Assembly: GCA_937928755.1 (NCBI GenBank)
Contig: CALEZI010000101.1
Location: 30,509 to 94,508, forward strand
Length of the DNA stretch: 64,000 nucleotides
Reading direction: 5' to 3'
Origin: an uncultured Rhodanobacteraceae bacterium
Lineage (GTDB): Bacteria; Pseudomonadota; Gammaproteobacteria; Xanthomonadales; SZUA-5
Position 1 is the stretch's first letter. Each line of letters opens with the position of its first letter. Shown here one piece after another: positions 8,847 to 17,684 of this stretch. The position numbers and the translations under genes are program-made. The notes under the pieces were generated by a model. It made no database searches. It saw nothing but the letters and a program-made list of their open reading frames with translations, and had not been told where the DNA came from.

Positions 8847-9500
8847 ATGACGATGCGTTTGCTGGCTTGGAAACTCGACGGCTGCCTTCGCGTGGCTGCG
8901 GCCTTCACCGCCTTCGCCGTGGGATCGAGCGCTCAGGCCATTGCTGCCGAGCCGATCGGCTGGCGTGCCGACTGCCGGCTCGGTGAGCAGAGTTTTCAGG
9001 TGGACTTCGCGTCGGCCAGCGGCGATCCGGAAAGTGACGACATGCGCGTGTCGCTGATGTTGCCGCAACGGTCCGCGCTGCCGCTGCCGCTGCCGCTGAC
9101 GCCGGGCGTTTTCCGGCCGCGATCGGTGGTCTCCAATCAAGCCTCGGCGTGCACGCAACTCGGGGCCTATCTGATTCGCGATCAGATTCACCTGGCGGTC
9201 CCGCCGCGGCTGTTGTTGTGGCTGTCGGTTGCGGATCCTCCAGGCTGGGACCAACTCAGCCTGGTACTGATCGATCTGGGCGCAGGCAAGGTGCTGCACC
9301 ACATCGAACGGGTGGCTCCGATCAAGGACCCCGACGGTCGCCAGGGCCTGACGCTGCAGGTCCAGCCCGAGCACGTGATGGCCCGCCTGCAGCGACAATG
9401 GCTGAACAACACCGGCACCGACGGGCCGGAAAACTCGATCGAGGACTGGTACCGGGTCGAGGTGCGGGCGGCGCGCATTCGCGGCAGTTGGGCGCGCTGA
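8847..9500 (+). CDS. hypothetical secreted protein
   Basis: 217 aa with a signal-like N-terminus (AAAFTAFAVGSSAQA/IA), balanced composition and GC-rich third positions. I recognise no family. The opposite-strand ORF 8751..9599 is Arg-rich shadow. Confidence 0.55.
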   Translation: MTMRLLAWKLDGCLRVAAAFTAFAVGSSAQAIAAEPIGWRADCRLGEQSFQVDFASASGDPESDDMRVSLMLPQRSALPLPLPLTPGVFRPRSVVSNQASACTQLGAYLIRDQIHLAVPPRLLLWLSVADPPGWDQLSLVLIDLGAGKVLHHIERVAPIKDPDGRQGLTLQVQPEHVMARLQRQWLNNTGTDGPENSIEDWYRVEVRAARIRGSWAR

Positions 9501-9608
9501 GCGACCCGACGATGCATGCGACCACAGCGCTTCCCGTCGTGCTTCGGTAAACGACAACCGACACCGAGGCCCGGTACCAGCAAGTCCTGGCAAGTGCATC
9601 CGCCGCCC

Positions 9609-10358
9609 TCAGGCCCGTTGGGCGCGTCGCGCCAGCCCGTGCCAGACCGCGCCGGCCGTCAGCATCAGCATTGGAATGAGGCCGGGCTCGCCCTCGGCGA
9701 CAATCATCAGGGCGAGCAGCAGCGCGCCGAGGACCAGGGTCAGCATCGACAGGATCGCGTGCACCTTGAGCTTCTGGAGGCGCACCGGCAGCGCAACGTC
9801 GGCGGCCACATGGAACAGCGCTGCGGACGCAAGCCACAACAGCGCAAAGAATCCGCACAGGATGGCGCCGCGATCGTCCCATCCGGCGATCAGCGCGTAC
9901 GCCGCAATCGTCGCCTGGGTGGCCGCCATCGCCGCCAACGTGCGAGCCATGCCGGGTGGTTGCATTCGGGCGATCGCCGCGCCGATGAATCCGACCCCGA
10001 GCACACCTCCGAAGAGCAGGTTGGCGGGATCGTTCTCGGCGCCGATCATGCCTACGGCGAGATTCACCCAGACCAGCAGGAACGTGGTGACCACGGCCAT
10101 GCCGAATCCGGCGCGGTACGCCGGACTGTCGCTCAACCACGCCGCCAGTTCCCAGGCGGCGCAGGCTGCGAGCAACATGACGCCGAAGACGAGGAAATCG
10201 GTTGCGTCCCAATCCACTTCCGCGGTGAACTGCATCGCCACCAGGGGCAGCAGCAACAGCATGGCGGAGCTGCCCCACACCACTATCCGCATCGGATTGC
10301 CGCGTCGTGTGCCACCGATCTGAATGTTCTCTGCCATGACTTGCCTGCGTTCGTTCAT
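9609..10358 (-). CDS. polytopic inner-membrane protein, unknown family
   Basis: About 7 hydrophobic helices. The start is either ATG 10358 or ATG 10337 (MAENIQ). Confidence 0.7.
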   Translation of the reverse strand: MNERRQVMAENIQIGGTRRGNPMRIVVWGSSAMLLLLPLVAMQFTAEVDWDATDFLVFGVMLLAACAAWELAAWLSDSPAYRAGFGMAVVTTFLLVWVNLAVGMIGAENDPANLLFGGVLGVGFIGAAIARMQPPGMARTLAAMAATQATIAAYALIAGWDDRGAILCGFFALLWLASAALFHVAADVALPVRLQKLKVHAILSMLTLVLGALLLALMIVAEGEPGLIPMLMLTAGAVWHGLARRAQRA

Positions 10359-10482
10359 GTCGGCAGCGAGTCTGGCTTGGCATTGTGTGCCCAGTATGGG
10401 CGAGTGGCTTGCGCTTGCTGCTGGCGACGCAAATTTGCCCGATGATCAGTGGCTGACTTGAGGGCAGTCGTACGGAGACACC

Positions 10483-11145
10483 ATGGCGCGGGTGCTGCTG
10501 GTCGAGGACGAAGGTGCGATCGCGCAAACCGTCGAGTTCGCCTTGCGCGCAGACGGGTTTGAAACCGCGCATGCGATGACCGGTCGGGCTGCGCTGGGGC
10601 TCGCCGCGAGCGGCGCCTTCGACCTCGCCATCGTCGATGTCGGCCTGCCCGATATCGACGGTTTTGCCGTGTGCCAGGCGCTCCGGCGCGACCGCGACCT
10701 GCCGGTGATCTTCCTGACCGCGCGCGCTGCGGAATCCGAACGCGTCCGTGGCCTGGAACTTGGCGCCGACGACTATGTGGCCAAGCCCTTCTCGCCGCGC
10801 GAACTGGTGGCGCGGGTGCGCGCGGTGCTGCGGCGCAGCCTGGGCACGCCGACACCCACCGGCTTCGAACACGATGCGAATGGCCAACGCGTGCGCTTTC
10901 GCGGCCGCCTGCTCGACCTCACCCGCTACGAATACCGCCTGCTGGCGGCGCTGCTGCAACGCCCCGGTGCGATCCTGACGCGCGCCCAGTTGCTCGACCG
11001 TGTTTGCGGACACGACAGTGAATCGTCGGATCGCGCCGTCGACACCCACGTCAAGACGCTGCGAGCGAAACTGCGCGAAGTCGATGCCGACGCCGACCCG
11101 ATCCGCACCCAGCGCGGCCTCGGTTACTCGCTGCAGGTGGATTAG
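10483..11145 (+). CDS. creB: two-component response regulator CreB
   Basis: VDVGLPDIDGFAVC, IFLTARAAESERVRGLELGADDYVAKPFSPRE, LTRYEYRLLAALL and AVDTHVKTLRAKL closely parallel E. coli CreB. SD GGAGA lies upstream. Confidence 0.8.
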   Translation: MARVLLVEDEGAIAQTVEFALRADGFETAHAMTGRAALGLAASGAFDLAIVDVGLPDIDGFAVCQALRRDRDLPVIFLTARAAESERVRGLELGADDYVAKPFSPRELVARVRAVLRRSLGTPTPTGFEHDANGQRVRFRGRLLDLTRYEYRLLAALLQRPGAILTRAQLLDRVCGHDSESSDRAVDTHVKTLRAKLREVDADADPIRTQRGLGYSLQVD

Positions 11146-11148
11146 CCG

Positions 11149-12603
11149 ATGCGCATCGGGCTGCGCATCCTGATCGGCACCTTTGTCATCGTCGCGCTGG
11201 CGGCGCTACTGCTGGCCCAGGTGTTCGTTGCGCAGGTGAAGCCGGGCGTGCGCCAGGCGCAGGAGGACTCGCTGGTCGACATGGCAAACGCGCTGGCCGA
11301 ACTGGCCAGCGACGACATGCTGGCGGGCCGGATCGGCGACGGGCGCTTCGCCGAACGCCTGCGCGCAATTCGCGAACGCGATCCCGGTGCGCAGATCTGG
11401 GGCTTCGCCAAACGCGCGAGCAACTACCGGGTCTACGTGACCGACATCCGCGGCACGGTCGTTTTCGACAGTAGCGGTCGCGACCTGGGCCGCGATTATT
11501 CGCGCTGGAACGACGTCCACCTGACGCTGCAGGGCCGCTATGGCGCGCGCTCGACCGCGGAGGATCCGCACGACCCGGACGCCACCGTGATGCACGTCGC
11601 CGCGCCGATTCGCGATGACGCCGGTCGCATCGTCGGCTCACTCACCGTGGCCAAGCCGAATCGAGCGATTGCCCCGTTCATCGAGCGCAGTCAGAACATC
11701 GTGCTCGCGTGGGGTGCGCTGCTGCTGGGCGTCGCCTTGTTGGTCGGTGTCGCAGCGGCGAGCTGGCTGTCGCGCCAGTTGGACGCGCTGCGCCGCTACG
11801 CGCAGGCGGTCGCCGCCGGCGAGCGCGCAACGCTGCCGCGCGCGGCCGGCGAGTTCGCCGAACTCGGGCAGGCGCTGGGTTCCATGCGTGCGCAGCTCGA
11901 AGGCAAACAATACGTCGAGCGCTATGTGCAGGAACTGACGCACGAGATGAAAAGCCCGCTGGCGGCAATCCGCGCCAGCGCTGAGCTGCTCGAACAACCC
12001 CTGGCGGCGGAAGATCGGGCGCGTTTTGCCGGCGCCATCGGCGCCCAGAGCGAGCGCCTGGCGCAGATGGTGGAACGTTTGCTGGCGCTGGCGGCGGTCG
12101 AGCATCGGCAACAGCTCGAATCGCCGCAGATCGTCGATATTGCCGACCTGCTCGACAGCGTCGCGAGCGACAGTCGTTCGCTGCTCGCGACCCGCGGGTT
12201 ACAACTTGCGCTTCGCGTGGACGGCACGCCACGCGTGCGCGGCGATCCCTTCTTGCTGCGCCAGGCGCTGGAAAACCTGGTCGACAACGCGTCGAGTTTT
12301 GCGCCGTCAGGCACGCTCATCGAAGTGGAAACGGACGCTCAGGATGGATTTGTCCAGATCCGCGTCAGTGATCGTGGGCCGGGAATCCCGGATTACGCCC
12401 TGCCGCGGGTGTTCGAACGCTTCTATTCGCTGCCGCGCCCGCAGGGCGGTCACCGAGGCAGCGGACTCGGCCTGTGTTTCGTCGCCCAGGTCGCAGATCT
12501 GCATGGCGGCAGTGCGACGCTCGACAACCGAGCGGGGGGCGGCGCCCGTGCGACGCTGCGCTTGCCGCTCACCGAGCATTCCGTAACGCATCGAGTTCAA
12601 TGA
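11149..12603 (+). CDS. creC: sensor histidine kinase CreC
   Basis: MRIGLRILIGTF...QVKPGVRQA, DYSRWNDVHLTLQGRYGARST, VMHVAAPI, EGKQYVERYVQELTHEMKSPLAAIR and FERFYSLPR parallel E. coli CreC. Confidence 0.8.
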   Translation: MRIGLRILIGTFVIVALAALLLAQVFVAQVKPGVRQAQEDSLVDMANALAELASDDMLAGRIGDGRFAERLRAIRERDPGAQIWGFAKRASNYRVYVTDIRGTVVFDSSGRDLGRDYSRWNDVHLTLQGRYGARSTAEDPHDPDATVMHVAAPIRDDAGRIVGSLTVAKPNRAIAPFIERSQNIVLAWGALLLGVALLVGVAAASWLSRQLDALRRYAQAVAAGERATLPRAAGEFAELGQALGSMRAQLEGKQYVERYVQELTHEMKSPLAAIRASAELLEQPLAAEDRARFAGAIGAQSERLAQMVERLLALAAVEHRQQLESPQIVDIADLLDSVASDSRSLLATRGLQLALRVDGTPRVRGDPFLLRQALENLVDNASSFAPSGTLIEVETDAQDGFVQIRVSDRGPGIPDYALPRVFERFYSLPRPQGGHRGSGLGLCFVAQVADLHGGSATLDNRAGGGARATLRLPLTEHSVTHRVQ

Positions 12604-13904
12604 CGTTTGCAGTCCGTCTCCCGGCGCGCGCTGGAAGAAGGGAGCTGCAACGGCGCGCCCAGGTTTTGCGCGGCCTGCAGGGAATCGATGCGAAAACGCC
12701 GGTGGTCATCAGTGCAGCCGCGACAGACCGTCAGGCAGGGCTGACCTGCGCGCATCGAAGCGCGTAGTTCGGATAGCAGCGCGGCGTTATAGGCGCCTGC
12801 CATGACCGACTCGACCGGCCCGAGGCCGACGTCGGCATAGGGACACAGGCGCGCGTCACCACGACTGCGCGCAAATCCGTACTTCCAGGCTGCGGCGCAG
12901 TAGGGCAGTTCGAGTTGCAGGTTTTCGGCGCGCACGCGTTGCCTGAGCGCTCGCAGAGACTGCAGATGGCGCTCGAGCCTGCGTTCGAGTTCCGCCCGCT
13001 GCTGCTCGGGCTCAAGACCGTGGATGAACGCTACCGATGCCGCACCGCCCTGCTCGGGCCAGGATTCCAGCGGCTCCGGCTGCGCCTCGGGTGTGCTGCG
13101 CGCGGCGGAGGCCTTCGACAGGTCGGACGGGTCGACAACGGTGTTGCGCCCGGGCAGGAAATGCAGGGCTGCGAGGTTGTTGAAGATGCGAACCTGCGGG
13201 TAGCGAAGCCGTGCGAGATCGAGCTGCTCGCGGAACACCGGCGCGTCGTCCTCGCACAGTTCCAGCGTCGGCGTGTGATCGACCGGACTCAGATGCACCT
13301 CCTGCATGCCCAGGGCTGCGGCCAGCGCGACGATATCGGCTACCTCGCGAAGGTTGAGCCGCGACACCACCGTACTGGTCACCAGTTGGGTGTGCGGCGC
13401 AGCCGCCCGCAGCGCGCGGATGTTGTCGACCACGCGTGCGAAGTGGCCGCCGCTGCGCAGCGTTTCGAACGTCGTCGCAGTCGCGCCATCGAGGCTCACG
13501 CTGATTCGGTCGAGATCGCGCAGCCAGTTCAGGCGTCGATCGATCAGTTCGCCGTTGGTGAACAGATGGGCGTGGCAGCCGTAACGACGCAGCCAGGGCA
13601 GGAAGCGGCCCAGACCCGGGTACAACAGGGGCTCGCCGAGGCCGGCGATCATCACTGTATCGATGTACGGCAGACTGTTGATCAGAGTGTCGATCTGATC
13701 GCGGTTCAGCGAGTAGCGACCCATGTCCAGCTTGGACTGGTGACACATCGGACAACGGTAGTTGCAGCGACTGCTGAAGTCGACTTCGAGGTGGCACGGC
13801 CGCGCCTGAGCTTCGGCCACGCCCGCCAAGGCTTCCAGATCATTCAGTTCGCCATTGACGCGTTTCAGCGCGGTCAGCAGGGCAGGGAACTCAGACGCAC
13901 GCAT
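12597..13904 (-). CDS. radical SAM protein with SPASM/twitch-like C-terminal cysteine cluster
   Basis: CNYRCPMC (CX3CX2C) followed by GLGEPLL. The C-terminus has CAAAWKYGFARSRGDARLCPY and CLTVCRGC. A charged coiled-coil-like insert lies between. The stop overlaps the creC stop region by 7 nt. Confidence 0.85.
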   Translation of the reverse strand: MRASEFPALLTALKRVNGELNDLEALAGVAEAQARPCHLEVDFSSRCNYRCPMCHQSKLDMGRYSLNRDQIDTLINSLPYIDTVMIAGLGEPLLYPGLGRFLPWLRRYGCHAHLFTNGELIDRRLNWLRDLDRISVSLDGATATTFETLRSGGHFARVVDNIRALRAAAPHTQLVTSTVVSRLNLREVADIVALAAALGMQEVHLSPVDHTPTLELCEDDAPVFREQLDLARLRYPQVRIFNNLAALHFLPGRNTVVDPSDLSKASAARSTPEAQPEPLESWPEQGGAASVAFIHGLEPEQQRAELERRLERHLQSLRALRQRVRAENLQLELPYCAAAWKYGFARSRGDARLCPYADVGLGPVESVMAGAYNAALLSELRASMRAGQPCLTVCRGCTDDHRRFRIDSLQAAQNLGAPLQLPSSSARRETDCKRH

Positions 13905-13957
13905 GAAGAGGGTCCATCAAGCCACAGCACTGCAAATGCGGCATCGCAGGATAGTGA

Positions 13958-14128
13958 AGCCTGGGGGAATTGTGGCTGCTCGGATCGCTGCTGGGCGCCA
14001 TCCCGCGGCCGATCGCCGATGGCGGCTACGATCTGATCGGCCGCATTCGCTACCGACTCGCCGGAAGATTGGCCGAGGACTCCTGCCCATGGGTGCCGGC
14101 GCAGATCGCGTCGCGAATGCTGAGATAA
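13958..14128 (+). pseudogene. relic of a DCC1-like thiol-disulfide oxidoreductase (DUF393) gene; C-terminal about 55 codons only
   Basis: Frame open only from 13958 (stop at 13955). Translates WLLGSLLGAIPRPIADGGYDLIGRIRYRLAGRLAEDSCPWVPAQIASRMLR*, matching the DUF393 C-terminal pattern (PRP..D..Y....R.RYR..G....C). The N-terminal CxxC part is absent. Confidence 0.55.
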
Positions 14129-14208
14129 GTGCCGGGCGCGGACAGTTGCTGTCGCCCAGGGCGTTTGTCCGTCGTGGACCCTTTGTCAATCGTCAGTTCT
14201 GGCATGGC

Positions 14209-15348
14209 TCACCCAACCCAACGCCGCAGCGGCGTGCGCCGTACCAGTATTTCGTAGCTGACGACGCACAAAACCAGCGTTGCAGACACCGCGAAGGCGA
14301 ACTTTGCGGGCCACGGCCAGTTCAAGTCCATCAGCAGGTACTGGATGGCGAACAACAGCGGCAGGTGCATCAGGTAGGTCCAATAGGCGCTTGCGGCAAG
14401 GTAGCGCAGCCAGGCGCGCGGCTGCGCCAGCGCGCGCAGGCCGAAGACCAGGCAGGCCAGTGTCGCCCAGCCGGCGATCAGCGCCTGGAGCGCGGCGACG
14501 TCCCATGAAGCATTGCCGGGCACCAGTACCACACCCAGCGCGCGCAGAAAAAGTGCGTATGCGAGCAGGCACGCGAAGGTCGCCGGCAACAGCCAGCGGC
14601 GCAGCGAATCCAGGGATTCGAGGCGGCCGAACAGCGCCACACCCAGCGCGTAGAACGGGCCGTAGACGCCGATCGCCCAGAACTGCGGCAGCAGTCCCTC
14701 GGGCGCCGGGTGCGGCGCCGAGGTCAGGGCGAAGCCGGGCCACAGCAACAGCGGCAGGCTGAGCGCCACCCAGGGCATGCCGAGCGCCAGCCAGCGCTGC
14801 AGCAGACCGCCGAGTTCGAGTACACGCCCCACCCAATGCAGCACGCCAAACAGCAGCAGGTAATGCAGGAACCACAGATGACCCGTGCCGGGCGGTGGCG
14901 CTTGCGCATCGGGCATGGCCATCCACTCGCGCACCATCTGCAGCAGCGGTGATGGATATAGTGTGGCTTCGGCGGCCCAGCCGGTCGCCATGGCCACGCT
15001 CAGGTGCACCAGCGGCCAGGCGACCAGAAACGGCAGCAGTATGCGCCGCACGCGCTGCCGCGCCAGGCCGCTCATGCCGCGCCGTTGCAACAGCGAGGCG
15101 CTGAAATAGCCGGCGACCAAAAAGAACAGCGGCATGCGAACCAGATGCGGCAGCCATACCAGCGCGTCGATCAGCGGTGCATGCTGGCGATCCGCAGCCG
15201 GCCACCACGGATGCAGCAACGGGCTGTACGCCAGCGCAGCGTGGAACAGTACGCCGGCCAGCATCGCCAGCGCGCGCAGATGGTCCAGCGCGTGCACGCG
15301 CGTACCATTCGGCTCGTCCGCGGACGCGTCGGTCAGAGACGGGTTCAT
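14209..15348 (-). CDS. acyltransferase family 3 (OpgC/OafA-like) membrane protein
   Basis: ALDHLRALAMLAGVLFH, MPLFFLVAGYF and about 10 TM segments. Confidence 0.85.
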   Translation of the reverse strand: MNPSLTDASADEPNGTRVHALDHLRALAMLAGVLFHAALAYSPLLHPWWPAADRQHAPLIDALVWLPHLVRMPLFFLVAGYFSASLLQRRGMSGLARQRVRRILLPFLVAWPLVHLSVAMATGWAAEATLYPSPLLQMVREWMAMPDAQAPPPGTGHLWFLHYLLLFGVLHWVGRVLELGGLLQRWLALGMPWVALSLPLLLWPGFALTSAPHPAPEGLLPQFWAIGVYGPFYALGVALFGRLESLDSLRRWLLPATFACLLAYALFLRALGVVLVPGNASWDVAALQALIAGWATLACLVFGLRALAQPRAWLRYLAASAYWTYLMHLPLLFAIQYLLMDLNWPWPAKFAFAVSATLVLCVVSYEILVRRTPLRRWVG

Positions 15349-15357
15349 CGGCGTTGC

Positions 15358-16041
15358 TCAGTAGAATGCGGGCTTGCGACCGTGCCACCAGGCGGTGAAA
15401 CCGAGGGCTGCCAGGCTGAGCAGGACCTGCGCCGACAGAATCAGCACCGCAGGCAGGCTCCAGACGATGGCATCCGCACGCGCTGGGATGGAAATGGCGT
15501 CGATCTGCCCCAGCAGCATGATCAGCGGATTGACCAGCAGGTTGCTGGCAATCATCGCGAAGGTGTTCCAGCCTTCGCTCTCCACTTGCATTGCCACCAT
15601 CAGCGAAACGCTGTAGGCGAGCAGGATGTGGCCGTAGATCAACAACGAGTACACCACCAGGCCGTCCGGCAGCGGCGTCGTCAGGACCACCACCAGGGTT
15701 CCCAGCAGCAGCAGGCCAAAGGGCACACCGAAGGTCAACAGGTTGCCGGCCAGCTTGGCCAACGTGAAGTCCAGCGGCGACAGCGGCAAGCTCATGACGA
15801 AAGCCAGCGTCTGCTCCTTGCGCTCCACCAGCAGCGAGTTCGAGATCGAAAAGCACGACCCGGCGACCAGCACAATGATCAGCAGCAACGATCCAAGGTA
15901 AAAGGCCCACGGCCGTGCCAGGCCGAGCAGCGCCAGCGCGACGATGCCGGCCAGCACATAGGCGGCGAGCTGCTTCTGGAACAACTGCCAGTCCTTGATC
16001 ACCAGCAGGCGGATCAGTGGCAGGTTGAGGACCTGGTTCAT
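15358..16041 (-). CDS. ABC-2 type transporter permease (YtrC/D-like)
   Basis: 227 aa with 6 TM segments. 4-nt overlap with the upstream ATPase gene. Confidence 0.75.
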   Translation of the reverse strand: MNQVLNLPLIRLLVIKDWQLFQKQLAAYVLAGIVALALLGLARPWAFYLGSLLLIIVLVAGSCFSISNSLLVERKEQTLAFVMSLPLSPLDFTLAKLAGNLLTFGVPFGLLLLGTLVVVLTTPLPDGLVVYSLLIYGHILLAYSVSLMVAMQVESEGWNTFAMIASNLLVNPLIMLLGQIDAISIPARADAIVWSLPAVLILSAQVLLSLAALGFTAWWHGRKPAFY

Positions 16042-16922
16042 GCGGCACCTCCGGCGCGTACGGCAGTCACGAAAATGTCCTCCAGCGCCATCGGATCGAC
16101 GCGCTGCACGGTCAACCCTTGCGCAGCCAGGCGCTCGGGCAGGTCATCGCGCCAGGCGCGCAGCTTGACCTCGATCTGGCTGCCGGCGCTGCGCACCTGG
16201 GCCACTTCCGGCCAGTTCGCCAATGTCGGCGGCAAGCTCCCGAGGCACAACACACGGCGCCAGTCGTCGAGGAAGCTTTCTTTGTCGCGGTGCGCCAACA
16301 GGCGACCGCCGTGCAGGAAAGCGATGTGGTCGGCCAGTTGCTCGACGTCGTGCGTGTTGTGCGAGGAGAACAGCACGCTGCGGCGCTCGTCGCGCAGCAC
16401 GTCGGCGAGCGCTTCCAGCACCTCCGCGCGCGCCACCGGATCCAGACCGGTGGTCGGTTCGTCGAGCAGCAGCAGGCGCGGCCGTCGTGCGAGGCACAGC
16501 AACAGCAGTGCCTTGACGCGCTGGCCATGCGAATAGCCGCCGATCGGCTGCTGCGCGCGCAAGTCGAAGCGACGCATCAGGCTGGCGGCGTAGTTGTCGT
16601 CCCATTCGGGGTAGATCTGGCGCACCAGCGCGATATGCCAATCCAGGCTCTGGCTGCGATACAGGCGCATGTCCTCGGACGCGAAACCGATGCCACGCTT
16701 GGCCGCGACCTGCGCCTGCGGCAGGCGATGCCCGAGCACGTCAATGCTGCCCGCATCGGGCGCCGCCAGGCCGGTGAGCAGGCGCAACAAGGTGGTCTTG
16801 CCGGCGCCGTTGACACCGACCAGGCCCATGACCTCGCCTTCGGCCAGGGTCAGCGAAACATCCTGCAGCGCAAAGTGGGGATAGCGCTTGCACAGGCCGG
16901 ACACGGCAAAAGCGGCCGTCAT
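16038..16922 (-). CDS. ABC transporter ATP-binding protein
   Basis: Walker A GVNGAGKTT, signature-like YSHGQ, Walker B LLLLDEPTTGLD. Confidence 0.9.
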   Translation of the reverse strand: MTAAFAVSGLCKRYPHFALQDVSLTLAEGEVMGLVGVNGAGKTTLLRLLTGLAAPDAGSIDVLGHRLPQAQVAAKRGIGFASEDMRLYRSQSLDWHIALVRQIYPEWDDNYAASLMRRFDLRAQQPIGGYSHGQRVKALLLLCLARRPRLLLLDEPTTGLDPVARAEVLEALADVLRDERRSVLFSSHNTHDVEQLADHIAFLHGGRLLAHRDKESFLDDWRRVLCLGSLPPTLANWPEVAQVRSAGSQIEVKLRAWRDDLPERLAAQGLTVQRVDPMALEDIFVTAVRAGGAA

Positions 16923-17329
16923 GGGAGGTTTCCTTGCGTTGGGGTGGGGGTGGATTCCGCGGCATCGAGTTCGACGTCGAGTCGCTGGTGCAGTTGCCCG
17001 CGGTCGAGGCCAAGGCGTGTGGCGTGCGCGATCGCGTCCACCAGGCTCCGCGTCAATGCGTCCTCGAACAGGCCGCGCGCCTGGTCCAGGCGTTCGGCGA
17101 CCACCGAGCCTTTGCCGTGGCGGGTTGCGATCAGGCCGGCACGCTCCAGATCCTCGTAGGCGCGCTTGACCGTGATGACGCTGACGCCGCTGGATGCGGC
17201 CAGTTCACGGATCGACGGCAGCGCCTGTCCAGGCAGCCAGTCGCCCGCCATCACCCGCGTGGTGATCTGGTCGATGATCTGCTGGTACATCGGCCGCGCA
17301 TCGCTGGCCGACAGGAGGAGGACGTTCAC
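16919..17329 (-). CDS. GntR-family (YtrA-subfamily) transcriptional regulator
   Basis: PMYQQIIDQI...PGQALPSIRELAASSGVSVITVKRAYEDLERAGLI. Short C-terminus typical of YtrA. GTG start. 4-nt overlap with the ATPase gene. Confidence 0.85.
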   Translation of the reverse strand: MNVLLLSASDARPMYQQIIDQITTRVMAGDWLPGQALPSIRELAASSGVSVITVKRAYEDLERAGLIATRHGKGSVVAERLDQARGLFEDALTRSLVDAIAHATRLGLDRGQLHQRLDVELDAAESTPTPTQGNLP

Positions 17330-17342
17330 GTGCGATCGGGCA

Positions 17343-17376
17343 ACTGTGCATGTGTGATGTGCACAGTATGCACAGT
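17343..17376. promoter_or_regulatory. candidate YtrA-type operator: inverted repeat ACTGTGCAT(17343..17351)/ATGCACAGT(17368..17376) flanking palindrome TGTGCACA (17358..17365)
   Basis: Read directly from the sequence, 14-47 bp upstream of the GntR start. Confidence 0.4.
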
Positions 17377-17610
17377 GAAAAGTCTCGACGCAATACGCGT
17401 CGGCGCGGTGACCGCGCCCGCGTCATCGTCCGCAGCGAACTTGCGTGCACGGTCAGGGTTGCTTTATCGTTCGGCATCTACACCAGATGTCGGCGAGTCG
17501 CAGCCTGGATCTCTGCGCTGACCGGCAGCAATGGCAAAATGCAGCGAGGTGGCACATGAGCACTACATCGGTGATCAAGTACTGACAGCCAGAGCGTCCT
17601 CGTTTGCGGC

Positions 17611-17640
17611 AAGCAAAGGCGCTCGGCGCCTTTTTTTGTG
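17611..17640 (+). terminator. intrinsic-terminator-like hairpin AAAGGCGC-tcg-GCGCCTTT followed by a T run
   Basis: GC stem plus 7 T. Lies about 255 nt upstream of the thrS start and just after a 9-codon mini-ORF. The stem is short with a tight loop, so confidence is moderate. Confidence 0.4.
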
Positions 17641-17684
17641 TCTGGATCGCGAATGACGCGGGTTTTTGGCCAGGCCACCAAGCC

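Noticed and set aside
4770-10400. Possible genomic island inserted at tRNA-Val (accessory-looking genes follow the tRNA).
   Set aside because: There is no integrase or other mobility gene. I found no direct repeat of the tRNA 3' end bounding the region, and codon texture looks like the rest of the window.
10359-10482. Cre-tag (TTCAC-N6-TTCAC) upstream of creB.
   Set aside because: The motif is not present in the spacer as far as I can read.
14050-14205. 51-codon minus-strand ORF as a called CDS (possible radical SAM substrate).
   Set aside because: It is antisense to the DUF393 relic, has weaker GC3 than real genes here, poor SD spacing and a single Cys. It is kept only as a hypothesis within the rSAM finding.
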